From Geosiphon pyriformis uo1 (lineage: Eukaryota > Fungi > Glomeromycota), in the NCBI GenBank assembly GCA_016748015.1, contig JAAOMT010000512.1:964719-1028718 (forward strand): a stretch of 64,000 nucleotides of DNA, written 5' to 3'. This document shows, one piece after another, positions 50,197 to 64,000 of the stretch. Numbering within the stretch: position 1 is the stretch's first letter; the number at the start of each line of letters is the position of its first letter. The translations under genes were made by a program, and so were the position numbers. Below the pieces are notes generated by a model. The model was not told the DNA's origin. It did not search any database and saw only the letters and a list, made by a program, of their open reading frames with translations.

Positions 50197-51989
50197 TAAA
50201 ATTAAAAGAATTGTTTAAAAATGTTGTGTGAAATGAAGAAAATTTTATTTTATTTTTGTTTCTACAAGTCTTTGAGTCATGATTAACACGATAAAAATTT
50301 TTATTTCAGTTTCTTTTGTGAGCAACTCCAAAGTTGGAGCTGAACCTATTAATCGCTTCAATTAATTTTTGATGATCGTAAATTCTATTCAAACAAAAGG
50401 GATAATTGATAATAAATTAAAATAATAAAAGGATTGAAAGTTCAGAATTCGAAAAAGTTTTATTAATACTATTTTCATCTTTTCAATTAATAGAATGAAG
50501 TGAAGGACGACCAAATAACAAGGCGAAACACGCGAGTTCGCCAAAGTTGAAACCGGAACTAAAGTATCAGAAGATTGTTCTGTGAATGGCGAACAAATTC
50601 TATCACCAAACTTTTAGTGCTCTTTCTACTCTTAGAATAAAACTAAAGAGAACCTAGTCACTACTAGTACACCACACACAACTAAAAATTATAAGAAAAT
50701 GTTTTGCTATATTTTATAATGTGTGCACGTGGTGTCAAAGAAAATAACATTAAATTTCAAGTTATAAATGAAATTCCAGTGGTGCCTAACTTTTTGGCCC
50801 ATGTTCAATGGCAACTAGCAGAGAAAATTCAAGGAATGAATAAATTAAATTTTAGATTTTTATATAATAAACTTTTTCAAAAAAAGAAACAAAAAATAAT
50901 AAGATACCTTTATGACTCTTATCATGGAACGATTTTATACAAAAAAAAGTTGTCGAAATGGTTTTTATGCTTTAAGATTGATCAAATTTTCTCAAGGCGA
51001 ACATTTGGATGAGTGATCTCTACGTCAGTTTGACAAGTTGATACCAAAGGGTTACTTTAGCAGATTCAGATGGGGAGTGGAGGTTTTTTATTGTTCGTAA
51101 GGTAAGCTTTAGATATATTCCTAGATTGTTTATTGAAAGCCGTTATGACGTATCATGAAAAATTTTTCATACCACAGTAAAGAAAGAAAAGAAAAAAAAA
51201 AAGAAACGAACGGACGAACGAACGAACGAACTAACAGGAGTAACCCATAACCTAAATTAATTTTTCGGACACTTTATTATATTATCACACTATCTCAAAT
51301 CATCACCAAAATCAGAACACAAATAAAGGTCACGCCAAATTGCTTAGGTGGGCGCAATAATACCTGCTCCTACTTCTGGAAACTAAAGTTTGGCAGGATT
51401 AGCCTTTTTAATTTTGTATGAACAGCTATTTGCCATGTGAAACAAAAGTTTTCCCGCTCAAGATCATCTAGGGCTAAGATTATAGCGAAGCCTGAAATCG
51501 AGTTAGATGCTTTGAATAGGAATTCTTTTTAAAACTTTGCCTGGGAATGAGAGATGGGAAATCTGATTAAAAAGAGCCACAATAGCAGCCATCTTAATTG
51601 TTAATGGAGAATGATATTAACTTATTTGAGCAGTAGCATTGAGAAGAAAATTGATCAAAATCTAGAAAATAAGAGCTTGTTGATTACTATCTGCTATCAC
51701 ACAAATCCTTTTCCTATATCAAATCGTTCACATGTAAATTTTGAAGATTAACAAATCGAAATACACATGATATCAAATATATAGAATTATTGCAGAAATG
51801 GAAATCCTTCAATAAAGATGGTAAATTGAATAGGTTGCAACTGCAAATCATAGACATTTAGTTACAACTTACATAATACTTCTTTGTCACATTTACAATC
51901 TTATCTATAATCTCCTAACATTTATAATAAATTATTTTGAGAATTTATTATTGCAATTACAGTTTGATAAGAAACAAATAAAAAAATAG

Positions 51990-54900
51990 ATATAACAAGA
52001 TTACATTTAGTTTATTTATTTTTATTAAGTTTTATAACAAGTAAAATAAAAATAGAATCCAAATTAAACAATAAATTTTAAAAGTTTTTATTATTATTTC
52101 TTAAAAATTTATTTTTTAAAATGTTAACTTTAAAACAAAAAATACAACAAGTTGTTACACATTTGTGAAGTTAAAAAATATAATAAACTCAAAAAATGGA
52201 TATAATAAACCATGTAAATAATGATAATAGCAAATCGGAAAAAATTACGAGTAACATATTTTTTATAAAAGTTTTTTTTAAACTTATATTTTTATTTAAT
52301 TATTTTTTTAGGAAATTATTTGTTTAATTAATAATTTTCTTATTTAATTAATATTAATTATTAAAAAGCATTATCTTTATTTTTAGTTCGTTAATTAAAC
52401 AAAATTAAAGTTTTTAATTATTGAATATTTAAATTATTAAAATAATTGAAATTTTCTATTATAAGTTTTTTATTATATAAATATAATCTAATTATTATCT
52501 TTTTATATACAATTTAATAATGTTGTATATTAAACATAATTAATGTTATAACTAATTATTCGATCTGATTAAAACTATTTTATAATACAGCAAAATATTT
52601 TTTACTAAATATTTCTTTTAAAAAATTAATTTTTTATTATTAATTATTATTTAAAAGAGTTTTTTAAATCTATAATACACAAATGCTTTAATTAAATCAT
52701 ATCTAATTATTAATGTATAATATGTTTTATTATTATTATTATTTTGTATAATATTTATTATGTTATTATTTTTAATTATATTCAATTTTTCTTATTTTAC
52801 AATTTTTTTATTAATTTCACAATTTTACTGCTAGTTATATTGTTATTTTTAAAACATACAATCAAATTTTTAAATTAACTTTTAAAAATAAAATTTTAAT
52901 TAATATTATATATGTATTATTAGCAATATTTATTTTTTTATTTTTTTATTTTTGTCAAAATATTGAATATTTTACAAATTTTCTAATTAACATAACTTAT
53001 ATCAACTCAAAAAATCACAATATTAAATTTTTTAGTTAAAAATAAGTATTTTTAGTGTGAATTTTATAATAAAAAATCTAATAATACTTAAAATTTAAAT
53101 ATTTTTATTTGCATAATTTTCTTTATGATTATTAAAAACATATTATATAAACTTTTGTAATATATATTTGTAATACAATATTTTTTTGTTAATTTTAAGT
53201 TGTAATTAAAATACTATACCCAAAAATATTTTTTAATTAATATTTTTTTGGTAAACTTTCTAAATTGTTTTTTACATTTTAATTTAATCTATATTCAAAT
53301 GTTCAACTTTAAGAAATTTTAAAAAATTAAGTTTGTTATTATAAAAATTTACTTTATATACTATTAAAACTACTTTGTTGTTTATAAAATTTTTTTTGCA
53401 TATATATATTCTATTAAAAGTTTAATTTAGTTAAAGTAAATAATAAGATATTGTATACTTTAATACTAATGTTTATATATATATTCAAAAATATTATTAT
53501 ACTTTCTAATATATAATTAAATTTTAGATTTTTAACAAAACTGTTTATATAAATTAAAATTTTTTTAAACTTACAAAATTTTATGATTTATACAATAATA
53601 ATAATAATAATACTATTGTTATTATCTGTTTTTTATTAATGTTCAGTAATTTAATTAATATAATTAAAATTATTTTTGAAAATATTAAGTATTAATATTT
53701 GTAATTTTGTATAATTATACTTGAAACTAGTTTAAATATATATTAATAACATAATTATTAATATAAAGTAAAATATTTATAATATACCAAAACGAATAAA
53801 AGTTATAAATTAAACTTAATTTCAAAATGCAACAATATATTTAATTGCTTCTTTTATATTAAGTTCAAATTTTTAATATTTAGCTTTTGATTAAATTGAT
53901 TAAAGAAATATTTATTATATTTAATTTTAATTTTAATTAATATTAACATTCATTGGTCGTAAATATATTATTACAATTATAGAAAAATAAAAAATTAACT
54001 TAAATTTTTATTCAAACAATTAGTTTTTAAATTTCAACTTTTTTATTAATCTTTGTAATACCATTTTTTAATTATACAAAAAAAGTTGGTTTTTTTTATA
54101 ATTCGTAAATATTAATTTTTAAATTAAAGTAAATTATTAAAAATTTTGTAAAAAATAACATAATTGTCAATTTTTTTTTATTTTATAAAGATTTTTTGAC
54201 TTATTTAAATATTCTTTTTTTTAAATTTACTGAATTAAATAACCAATATTTTAATTAATATAATTTATTAAATTATTTGAACTTTTTTAAATGCATTTTG
54301 TTGAATTTTTTGAATTAAATAATTAAAAAATATCTATTGTGTATTGTAATTTTTTTTTATTTTTTAAAATTCTGAAAAACTTGATTATTTTTTTATAATC
54401 TGTTTTGGTATTTGATATATATATATATATATATATATACACTATTCAAAAATAATTTTATAACCTTTCTTTGTTTTTTGTTTTTTTTTAAATTGTTATT
54501 TTAAATTCGAAATATTTTCAAATTAATTTTTTTTTGTCAATTTATTAAATTTAATTATACTATTTTCAAAAAATAAAAAAAACAAATTTTTCAAATATTT
54601 TTTTTTTCAATAAAAAAAAAATAGTAGAACAAAAAAATAAGTTACTTAAATTTATTGTCTTATTGATAATAATAAATTATAGTTAATTTATAAAGTAAGT
54701 TAATGTAATTATTTTTAATCAGAAATTATTCACATTGACTTTCATTATCATTAATTTATAAAAATTAAACATATTTTTTTAATAAATTTTTTTAACAAAT
54801 TTAAAAAATGCATTAATTTTTGATAAAACTTAAACATTGAAAAAACCAAAAACAAAATGGAATAAATTTTAATAATACTAATAATAATAATAATAATAGT

Positions 54901-55250
54901 ATATTTAATTCATAAAAAAATATGTAATTAATATATATATATATATATATATTAACTTTATTTATTAAATGAATAGCTTATAAAACAAAGACACATAAGC
55001 AATTTATACAAGTCAAATTATCAAACACTTATTAAGCTTCATACACCAGAAACTAACGCCGAAATTTTAAATTAAAATAATAATAAAAAAGACTTTTATG
55101 TGAACCAGGCTAATGTATAAACAAAAATTATAACTATTTTGTATACAGTTTTCTAATTTAAAACTATAGCTATTTTTAAAGTTTTTTTTTATTTAAATAT
55201 TTGATAAATATTTATAATTCAGAAAGTAGTAAATTAGGATGATAAAGAAA
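51990..55250. mobile_element. Second extremely AT-rich, C/G-depleted block, probably decayed transposon sequence
   Basis: Composition like 36200-41560. No domain could be read. Confidence 0.4.
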
Positions 55251-57384
55251 AAAGGTTTTTTTAAAAAATGGTCAAAACCCCAAAATTGAATTGACAATTT
55301 TCCAAAGAAAAATATTCATGGTTTTCTATTTTTATGTATTTTAGCAATGCGTGACGACAGTTAAATATTTACTTGCCAAGTTTACTATGATATTCGGATT
55401 TTCTCAATATGCCATGTAAATCCATGTTCGGCTTTTCCTAATTAAAGAATTTGAATTTAAGGCTGATAAACAGTTAATATAACCTCCGAAAGACGGTTAT
55501 GGAAAAAACCTGAACAATTGAAAGAGGCTATTAAAAAGCGAAGTATGTGTGTGTAGACATCAATTTTAGAATATTTTGTTTACATGTTAAAAACTTCCCA
55601 TATTTAGCTATAAGACCAAGTTTGATCATCACAAACTTTAATAATTTTAAAATATTTGACTTTAAGATTTAAAATTCCAAATGTGAAAGAGAAAGTCTCA
55701 AAAATTAATCTAAAATTAGCTACACTTTCCCACAGTAACACCTTAACATAAAAATTGGTCAGACATTAATTGTAACAACTAGTTTCAAAAGGATGAAACA
55801 TAAAAAACTTATCACATTAAAACTATTTCCTTATCGACAATTAAACTTCTTGGTCGACACCTAACTTAAAAACGATTTGCGGGCAAGAAAGTCGACTTGA
55901 TATGGGTAGGAATAAGAAATTTAATTTAAATTTTCAAAGTTATTCCGAAATGTAATGATAATACTTCTTGACTATGATGATAATTTAATTTTTGACACGT
56001 AAATTAATTGAATATTCTTTAAGTTCAAATTTAATAATCAACTTGTTTACTTATATATTTAATAAGGGGGAATGCAAAAATGAAATTTGGAAACCTTTTG
56101 ATTGACTCACAATCGGACTTTGAACAATATCAGCCACTCCTCTATTTTCCTCCCATGCTTGAATTAGTTCGGAGAAATGATAATGACATGTGAACAGAAA
56201 AATTAATTAAAAATTATTTTTTTGAATTCGTATTACCAATATAGCAGCTCGTAATTAATTGGAAATATCTCAACTACCTCGTTAAGTTGCTTTTCTTTCT
56301 TAAAAAAATCAAAAAATGCCAAAGATTCTTGTCAAAAAAATATAGAAAACAAACCCGGTCACAAATTTTAAGGCTGTAGTCTTCTTTGGGTAAACAATTA
56401 TGTCAGTTACAAAAAATCAATTATTGATTATCCCTTCCTAAATGGTACAAAAAAACGTTTTTCCTGTCATTTAATTCTAGTTTCTATGCTTTATTTCAAA
56501 TAAAAATTTCCACAATGAAAATTAAAGAATTGTATATAATTTCCAAAAGAGGTAAACAATTAGTAAAAATATTTCGAGGAAAATATCTACTTTTTCTATC
56601 CAAGAATTATAAATGGGCGTTTCAACCTTATTTTGCAGCAGAATGCATGATAAAATAGTTTTTGTTAAAGTGAACAAGAGAATTAATTAGATTTTACACA
56701 TTTCTTTGGTTTATGGACATCAAAGCCTTCTATTAACCCTTAAATCTCTTTAACTAAACAAAATTTTTAATCACTCTTTTCTAATTTTAATTGATATTTT
56801 TATCAAAACGCTGGCCCAATAAGCATCAAAAGAGTTTTTCCTTGAATGGTTTAGGGAGTCTCCTCCGTAAAGAATATTTTTACAATTCTTTTCTATTTTT
56901 ATCTTATGCCAGAGGTTGAAACTTTGATTCTCAATGTTACAATATATATTTCTAATTATTCTGGAATATCACAAAATCTATATCCCCCTATCCTTGACCA
57001 GGACAGTAGCTACTATTTGATAGCCCTAGATTTCTGCGACCTTTTTTGCCCAAGCCAATAATAATATCCCTAAATTCAATCTAGGTTTTATTTAAGGTTC
57101 AAAGTAAGAGCCATGTTGAGAATTGATGCCGTTCAGAATTCCTTTTGAAAGCACAAGGTTTGTAAAGTAAAATATGTTTTCGTGTCTGAAAAGCAAACAC
57201 ATCTTGATATAAAAAAATAAAATAAAATGAAATAAAATAAATCAGATTTAAGAAGGGAAAAACACATCTATAATGTACATATATTTTACAGCTAGGAAAT
57301 TTTTTTTTGATCAAAAGAAATTTTCCTTTCGGGAATCTCTAAAATTTTATATGCTAAGCCATATTGCGATCTCAGTCATATTAT

Positions 57385-58650
57385 TTACAATTCCGGATCG
57401 TACTTCTTTTTAGAAATCCAAGAATTTCCCATAATGCTAGCCCCTTGTGCCGCCGCCATACGGTAATATTTAGCAGCCATTTTCCTATCCTAAAAGATTA
57501 AAGTAATGAATTTCTAGTTTGAGATAAAATTTTGAGAAGTTTTTGTAATAATAATTACCTTCTTCACGCCTTCGCCATTCGCATAAGCAAAGCCCAAATC
57601 ATTTTGAGCATCCGGGTCACCAAGATTGGCGGCGATTTCAAAATAGTATGCGGCGGTTGATTTGTTTTTTGGAACACCCCAGCCATGTCTGAAAGATACA
57701 CCTTTGATAAAAATATCAAATAAAAAAGAAATTAAAAATCAATCACCGGCGAGGAAACTCCTCATTTAAAAACTGGCAAGGAAATATTGACAAATACCTA
57801 GTTCATGTATTGCCAATACTAATTCATGACGGGCGATACTCGGAGCTGCAATGGCGGATGAGTGAATATTGTATACAGCTGATTCGGCAGCTTTTTGTAA
57901 ATAATGTACTGCAAGTTTCGTATTTACCTTGCAACCCTTTTAAAATTTATTCAAAAAAAAAAAAGAAAAAATGTTAGATATGATTTTGTAGATTCTTAAA
58001 AGATCAAATCTCTCAAAAAATAAACAACTAACCCAGCCATGTCTTAAAGCAATACCATACAAAAATAAACCCAAAGGGGATTCTTTATCAGCCGCCAATT
58101 TAAAATAAAATGTGGCTTTCTCCAATTCATTTGTTTCATGAAATTTTATAGCCTGTAGAATAATTTCATCTGCCTCATTCTGTCGTATTGTATTTGGCGT
58201 CTCAGGTGCGATGGAATTTGTTTTATCTATATTTCTCTGTTCAATATGTGAATATATAGGAGCTTTATTTGTTGAATTCATAGCATGGTGTTTTGTATTT
58301 GAACGTTGGGAATTATCTTGGAGCCGTATTTGCGATTGATTTTTTCGCTGTGAATTGTTCGTTTTATTTGGGTTTGGATGACGAGATTCAACGCTTGATA
58401 ATGAGACGGTATTTTGTTCTGATGTATTGTGACCGTTTGTTAATGATAGTTTTTTATTTGATATTGATTCTTCATCAGCGCTTTTCACTTTGACTGGCAA
58501 AATGAAAATACCATTAATACGTTTATTACGAGAAAAAAATTTCATTTTTCGCTTTTTCTCGTCCGTTGGTGAGGATGCTGTTGAAGAAATGACAGGTGAA
58601 GAAGCTGAAGTGCTTTTAACACGAAAAATTTGTCCTAGTTTTTTAAACAT
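57385..58650 (-). CDS. Sel1-repeat protein, Nif1/Dsf2-like, about 334 aa
   Basis: Exons 58650-58033, 57936-57798, 57701-57559, 57489-57385 (1005 nt). LFLYGIALRHGWG, ELGVSFRHGWGVPK, AANLGDPDAQ, YYRMAAAQG, GNSWISKKKY. Confidence 0.88.
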
Positions 58651-61133
58651 TATTGTTTAAAGGTGTAAAGTTGATTGAAGAAAAAAATGAAAATTAATTC
58701 AGGGAAGTTGAGTCGGTTTATAAATAAAATATTATTGATATAAAGTGAAGTAAATCAAACCTATTTAAAACGATGTGAATGATAATGGGCTTTAAATTTC
58801 TCTGCTAGCCAATATTCTGATGATAAATTTCGAAATTGAAAAAAGTAAATTTTCAACATTTAAATAAAGTCTCTGGAAAGATTTTCACGCAAGCAAGGTT
58901 ATCCCGTTTCAGATTATTTATGAAGATAATGTATCAAGGGTGAAAAAATAAATATTATATGACAAATGGGAGGGGGGGGGGGGGGAGGGATTAAACCGAA
59001 AATTTTCTCGTGCATTTTTTCTGTTTCGAAAGACGGGGCTTGTATTATTTTTAGCATGCGATGTATTATTAATGTATTTGTTGATAAGTGTTTGTTGGAC
59101 AAAGTTTTCATATTTGGTTTAGATGGTAATGATGGTTTTGCTGTCTTACAAATGAGGTTATTAATACATCTAGTCGTGATTTATTAATAAAAGAAAATTT
59201 TTATATTAGTTGAATAAAACAAAAACTTTTTACTTAATTTCAGTTAAAATATTCACATTTGCAATTTTAACCTCTTTAACATCATTTACAAACAAACCGG
59301 AAATTCAAGAAATTTCGCGATTACAAATTTTTTGCGTCAGGAAAAATATTAAATCTCTTCTTTGTTTGATAAAATTGTATATGAAATTAGAAAATTCGAG
59401 TTAGTGTGTGTGTGTGTGTGTAAGGTATATACTGGAGAAAAAATCCTGGCTTATCGTTTGAATTTGATTCAAATTCCATATATCATCATAAAAATAGAAT
59501 GAATTGAAGGGAAAATGGTTAAGATTTAGACATTGGGGATCGAGAGTTCTTTTCAGTATAATATAACATGGGGTAAACCAGGTCTTTGATCATAATTTGG
59601 ATAAATTTTGAATTTTTCCTTATAGCTCATTTGTTCAATAAATGGTCGTGGAGAATGCCGAGTAAACAATGTAACTAAAAAAAGAAATCAGCATGACTAA
59701 TTATAAGAACAAAGATTTATTTATAATATAGTAAAATGTTAATTAATTTCCGATATTTGTAGATTATCTGTTCCAAAAATAGATATTATAGAACTAAGAG
59801 AATATGTTTTTACAAAAAAAAAAAAAATTGTGGGCTAATACAACTGGTGAAACTTTATTTTATTCAATGACAAAAGAATTGGGAAAAAATTCTTGGGACT
59901 TGATATTATAGTTTTATTAAAAAACAAGATTTTTCTCTATCGAGGCTGAAAGAATTTATTAATTTTAGTAAGGTTGCTTAAAATTATAAGAGATAGATAT
60001 CGAATATTTTAAATTTAAATTTTTTAAAACAAGTTTAGAGGTATAGATCTCCATCTTGGATGATGACTCGGGCTCTCAATTCCTCTGCCTTTGGTGAACA
60101 GACGTTCACGAAATCGTTAATAGACCTAGCATAACATGTTTTCGTGTGAATTTTCTCGTTTTTCATTTTACCATACCTGGGTAACTCAGAGGCATGCTTT
60201 TATTTTAATTGCTGGGAGTTCTTTGGGGTTCAAATATTTTTTATTTAAAATAGGTTACAAATTTAAGTATCACTTTTAAATTATGATTGCTACGATTAAA
60301 TTGAAAATTATGATAATGATGACATAATTTGTAATTAACTATTTTAGGATAATTATTGATTATTAAAAAAATTAAGGAAGCTTTAGTGGTTCAAAAAAAG
60401 TTTTTGCTCTAAACCTGATAAATTCGAAAAAGCAAAAAAGTTTCTGATAATCGGTTTTTTTTTAATAAGAATATCTTTAAATAAAATAATATGAGAAAAT
60501 TTATTTTGTAAAATAGTTTATGCTAATTATAATTTTTTTTTTTAAAAAAAAAGAAGATATTTAGAAATATAAATTTCAAAATAAATCTAAAAATTCTTAT
60601 TACTACCACAGGTTTGATGTTTTTTAAGGAAAATCTAAAATTAAATTGGATATCAGTGTTTGGAGCAAATAATGCGTAGTTGAGTAGAGATTCGTTTTTA
60701 TTGAAAAAACTCCTAACTTTAACTCAATTAGTTTACAAATCTTGGAAACTTATGAACCTCTGAAATAAGATAGACTGGTTATTTAGTAATATAATTTCCA
60801 CAAAATATAATCACTTTACAAGTTAAATAAAATCTAAAAATCTATGTTGTGTCATGAAAACAAAATTTTCAGTTATTTTTATAATCAAAAATGCAAATTA
60901 GAAATCAAGTTTTATATTGGAATTTTTTTTTCCAGCCATTTGTTTCGATATTTGATTTGATATTAACAGGTTGGTTCAAAAAAAAAAAAAAATAGAAATT
61001 GTCATCGGCTTTAAAAATTGAAAGGATCACACCAAAAATATGGAGAGAGGCATATTTTTACAATAACTGTCAAATTGGCTATGAATCTTGAAGCCTTGAG
61101 CTTCCCATTCCCAAATATCCCTCAGGTTGCTTT

Positions 61134-61220
61134 GTATTTTTATCATTAAGAATGGTTGTTGTTGTTGTTATTGTCGTTGTTGTCGTTATTGTTGTCGTTG
61201 TCGTTGTTGTTGTTGTTGTG
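61134..61220. repeat. (GTT/GTC)n trinucleotide microsatellite
   Basis: Direct reading. Confidence 0.85.
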
Positions 61221-63037
61221 AGTTACCAATTGATGTTGATATCCCGACCATCGCTGTACCAAAATGTCATTCACCACGACAGATGTCAAAAATAAAACTG
61301 AGCAATCAACTAAAACTCCCTAAAACATCAACTAACCACACCAAAACTTAACTGATAATCATAATCAAGTTAGCCATGATAATCGCGGCAGTTCTTGGGG
61401 CCGTTGGTAATTGTAATTTTGATTGCAGCAATTCTCGTTTATTTATGTATCAAAAAAAAAAGGGCATCTTTCTAAATCAAAAAAGGCAGATGCAGGTTTT
61501 CTTATTTTATTAAATGGAGGAAACTAAAAAAAAAATTTTCTGTTTTTGTTTTGGACAATTTTTACATTTTTACTTGGTAGGAAAATTCTGTTTAATTGAA
61601 GAGAGATTTCTAAAAAATTTTATCAATTATTTTTTTTTTTTGAATATCAATGGTTTTTTTGTTATCCATTCAAGAAAGATTTTTCTTCATTTTTGAAGTT
61701 TTTAAAATGAAATCTGAATTTGGAATAAACTGATTTTCCTATTTTACTTTTAATATATTTTATTGATTTCAAAATTTTGAGTAACGATATAATTACATTG
61801 GTTATCAACTTCTTTCGACATAATCCAAAGTCAGTGACATTTACCTAATCGAAATTGAAATTTATGAAGTTTCGCAAATTTAAAAAATGTTCGTTTCTTT
61901 AATCAAAGGCTATATTCTTGTGTATCACCTGATCAACCAACAAAACTAATTCAAAAATTTAATTGAATACTAAAAGTAGTAAATTAGAAAAAAATAAGAT
62001 ATCAAAAAAGAGTTTAGATTGAATAATTGGACTGTATTACATCTTAAAAAATAATCTTTTGAACAACAAAATATCTCCAGATGACTGGTTTTTTTTAACA
62101 CCCGTGACAATTATGAAATTATTATGCAAATTTTTTTTTTGAAACTGCTGAAACACATTCACAAAACACCAAAACATTTTCCTATGATCAAGAAAATTCG
62201 GTTTTACTTATTCGTATCAAGTAAGGTTATCATTTCCCTACATGATCATCAAGTAATGTCCCAAAAGAGGATCCCCCCATTTATTGATTTGTCGAGATCT
62301 GATCTTGTGGATAAGACCACTTAATTGTTTCTATCCTTAGTTTCAAACTGGGAAAGGCCATGGCACGCATTTATCCTTATTATAAAATAAAATTAAAAAA
62401 AATCTTTTACCTTGTGTCGATTTGCATTTACATGCATTAATGGAGTGTGAGGATGAGCGCAAATCGTAATGGTTTGATGCATGAATTATTTGAATGGAAA
62501 GAAAGATGATGCACCTTGTTGTCGTATATTATACGTCTGTATCATTAACAGGAGATACATCTAAGGAGACCATGCTTAGACAGACTGATCATCAAGAAGA
62601 AAAATGTTTTTTTCGAAACGTTATAGCCTTCAACCATTCAATTATAATTTTAAATTTAAAGTAAGATTTTTCCTCTTCATAGATATATTGGAGTCTTAAA
62701 AACAGCGACACCAAAATCTTCGAAAAATTTTTTTAACTTTTTATTCTGTTTTAATATATAGGATTCTTGAGCTTATAACAGATTCCTCCCTAGTCTAACG
62801 AAAATATTTTATATCTTTTTGTGTGAGAGAAATTATTTGCAGTTGCCTTTATCAACAGATAATTCTTTTATAAAAAATATTACATTTATTGTTCAAGTGT
62901 TCTGTAACTCGGCTATTTAAATTAAGGTTATGTACTGTATTTATAACCAATTCGGTCCGTTGAGCTTCAAGAGTATTCAAGTTCTAAACCTCAAAATTGA
63001 AATCAAATGATCCAATTTCAGGCCCAAAAGATCCTGG

Positions 63038-64000
63038 TCAACCAAGAAAGTTGGTATCAAGGTTATGGGCGAAATCCCAAACTATAATTTTCTGATCCTG
63101 TGAACAGCTGACAATTTTTGTACTATTGAATTGAACCTTGAAAACTCTATATTTGTTAAAACCAAACAAAATTGAACATTAAAATTTCTTTTGCTTGGGA
63201 TGCTTTATGATTTTAATCAAGTACGAAGGACGGAAAAACTTACCGACTGGTATGAATAAGCTCCAAAGTTCTCAATAGTTTTCCACTTTCCAAATCCCAA
63301 ATCCGAAGTGTTTCATCATAACTACCGCTAACAATTCGATTTCCATCAAATTGAAGGGTTCTAACCAGATCAGTATGTCCTTCCAATGTCTTTAGACAGA
63401 TACCAGTTTGAACGTCAAATATTTTGATAGATTTATCACTCGATCCTGAGACAATAATTTTTCCATCAAACTGTATACAAGCGATACCCCGTTCATGACC
63501 TTCAAAGCTACGTATAAATTCACCAGTATCCAATGCCCATAGTCTTATTGTTCGATCACCTGAAGCTGAAACTACGTAATTGTCTTGAAATTGAACGGCA
63601 TTGACCGCAGCACGATGACCAGTCAATACGCGAATGCATTTGCCACTTTCACGGCACCAAATTCTCACTGTACGATCTTTGGAGCAGCTCACGATATATC
63701 GGTCATCGAAGCGAAGATTAAGCACGCTTTCCGTGTGGCCTCTCAATGTGCTTAATATATCACCAGTTTTAAGATCCCAAATAATAATGGTGGAATCACT
63801 ACTTCCACTTATAATAACTTTATCGTCATATTGCAAACATAGAACAGATGCCGTATGACCTTTGTAAGTTCTTAGACATCGGTTTGATTCCATTTTCCAA
63901 ATTTTAATGGTATTATCACGACTTCCACTAATAATTTTATCCTCATCAAATTGAATGCAATAAATTCCTTCAGTATGGCCAGGTAGTTCATGAGCACTAT
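63038..64000 (-). CDS. F-box/WD40 protein of the beta-TrCP / Pof11 / FWD-1 type (3' part; 5' end outside the window)
   Basis: Exons >64000-63244 and 63146-63038. Seven WD40 repeats with beta-TrCP-like signatures: GIYCIQFDEDKIISGSRDNTIKIW, SVLCLQYD, VSCSKDRT, GHRAAVNAVQF, VSASGDRTI, GHERGIACIQF, LVRTLQFD, RVFKVQFN. Confidence 0.92.

Noticed and set aside
61127-61351. Metallothionein-like Cys-rich ORF
   Set aside because: The Cys run is a (GTT/GTC)n microsatellite and the ORF has a TTG start.

Overview
This is very AT-rich eukaryotic (fungal) genomic DNA with short GT-AG introns. The gene content (MATA-type HMG-box gene, Sel1-repeat protein, Ig-like membrane-protein remnant, class-3 lipase expansion, RRM/CCHC retroelement) points to Glomeromycotina. 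The retroelement and the lipase expansion resemble what I recall from Archaeosporales such as Geosiphon; I have not checked this against a database. The first 25 kb hold five spliced class-3-lipase-fold paralogues, which I reconstructed exon by exon with open, phase-consistent frames. Four of the five have replaced the catalytic GxSxG serine (Gly, Gly, Asp, Arg). All keep the Asp and His of the triad, and a terminal disulfide pair is present or absent together, so they look like a maintained family of secreted pseudo-lipases. Interleaved with them are an AA11-like LPMO with a chitin-binding tail and an orphan HMG-like/NRF1-like protein. The rest of the window holds a MATA-HMG gene, retroelement blocks destroyed by RIP-like C>T/G>A mutation, several pseudogenes (5S rRNA, Tc1, Ig-like, membrane protein), a MAPEG gene, a Nif1/Dsf2-like Sel1 gene and the 3' part of a beta-TrCP/Pof11-like WD40 gene. 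There are three N-gaps and one exact 1.1-kb duplication that is probably an assembly artefact.
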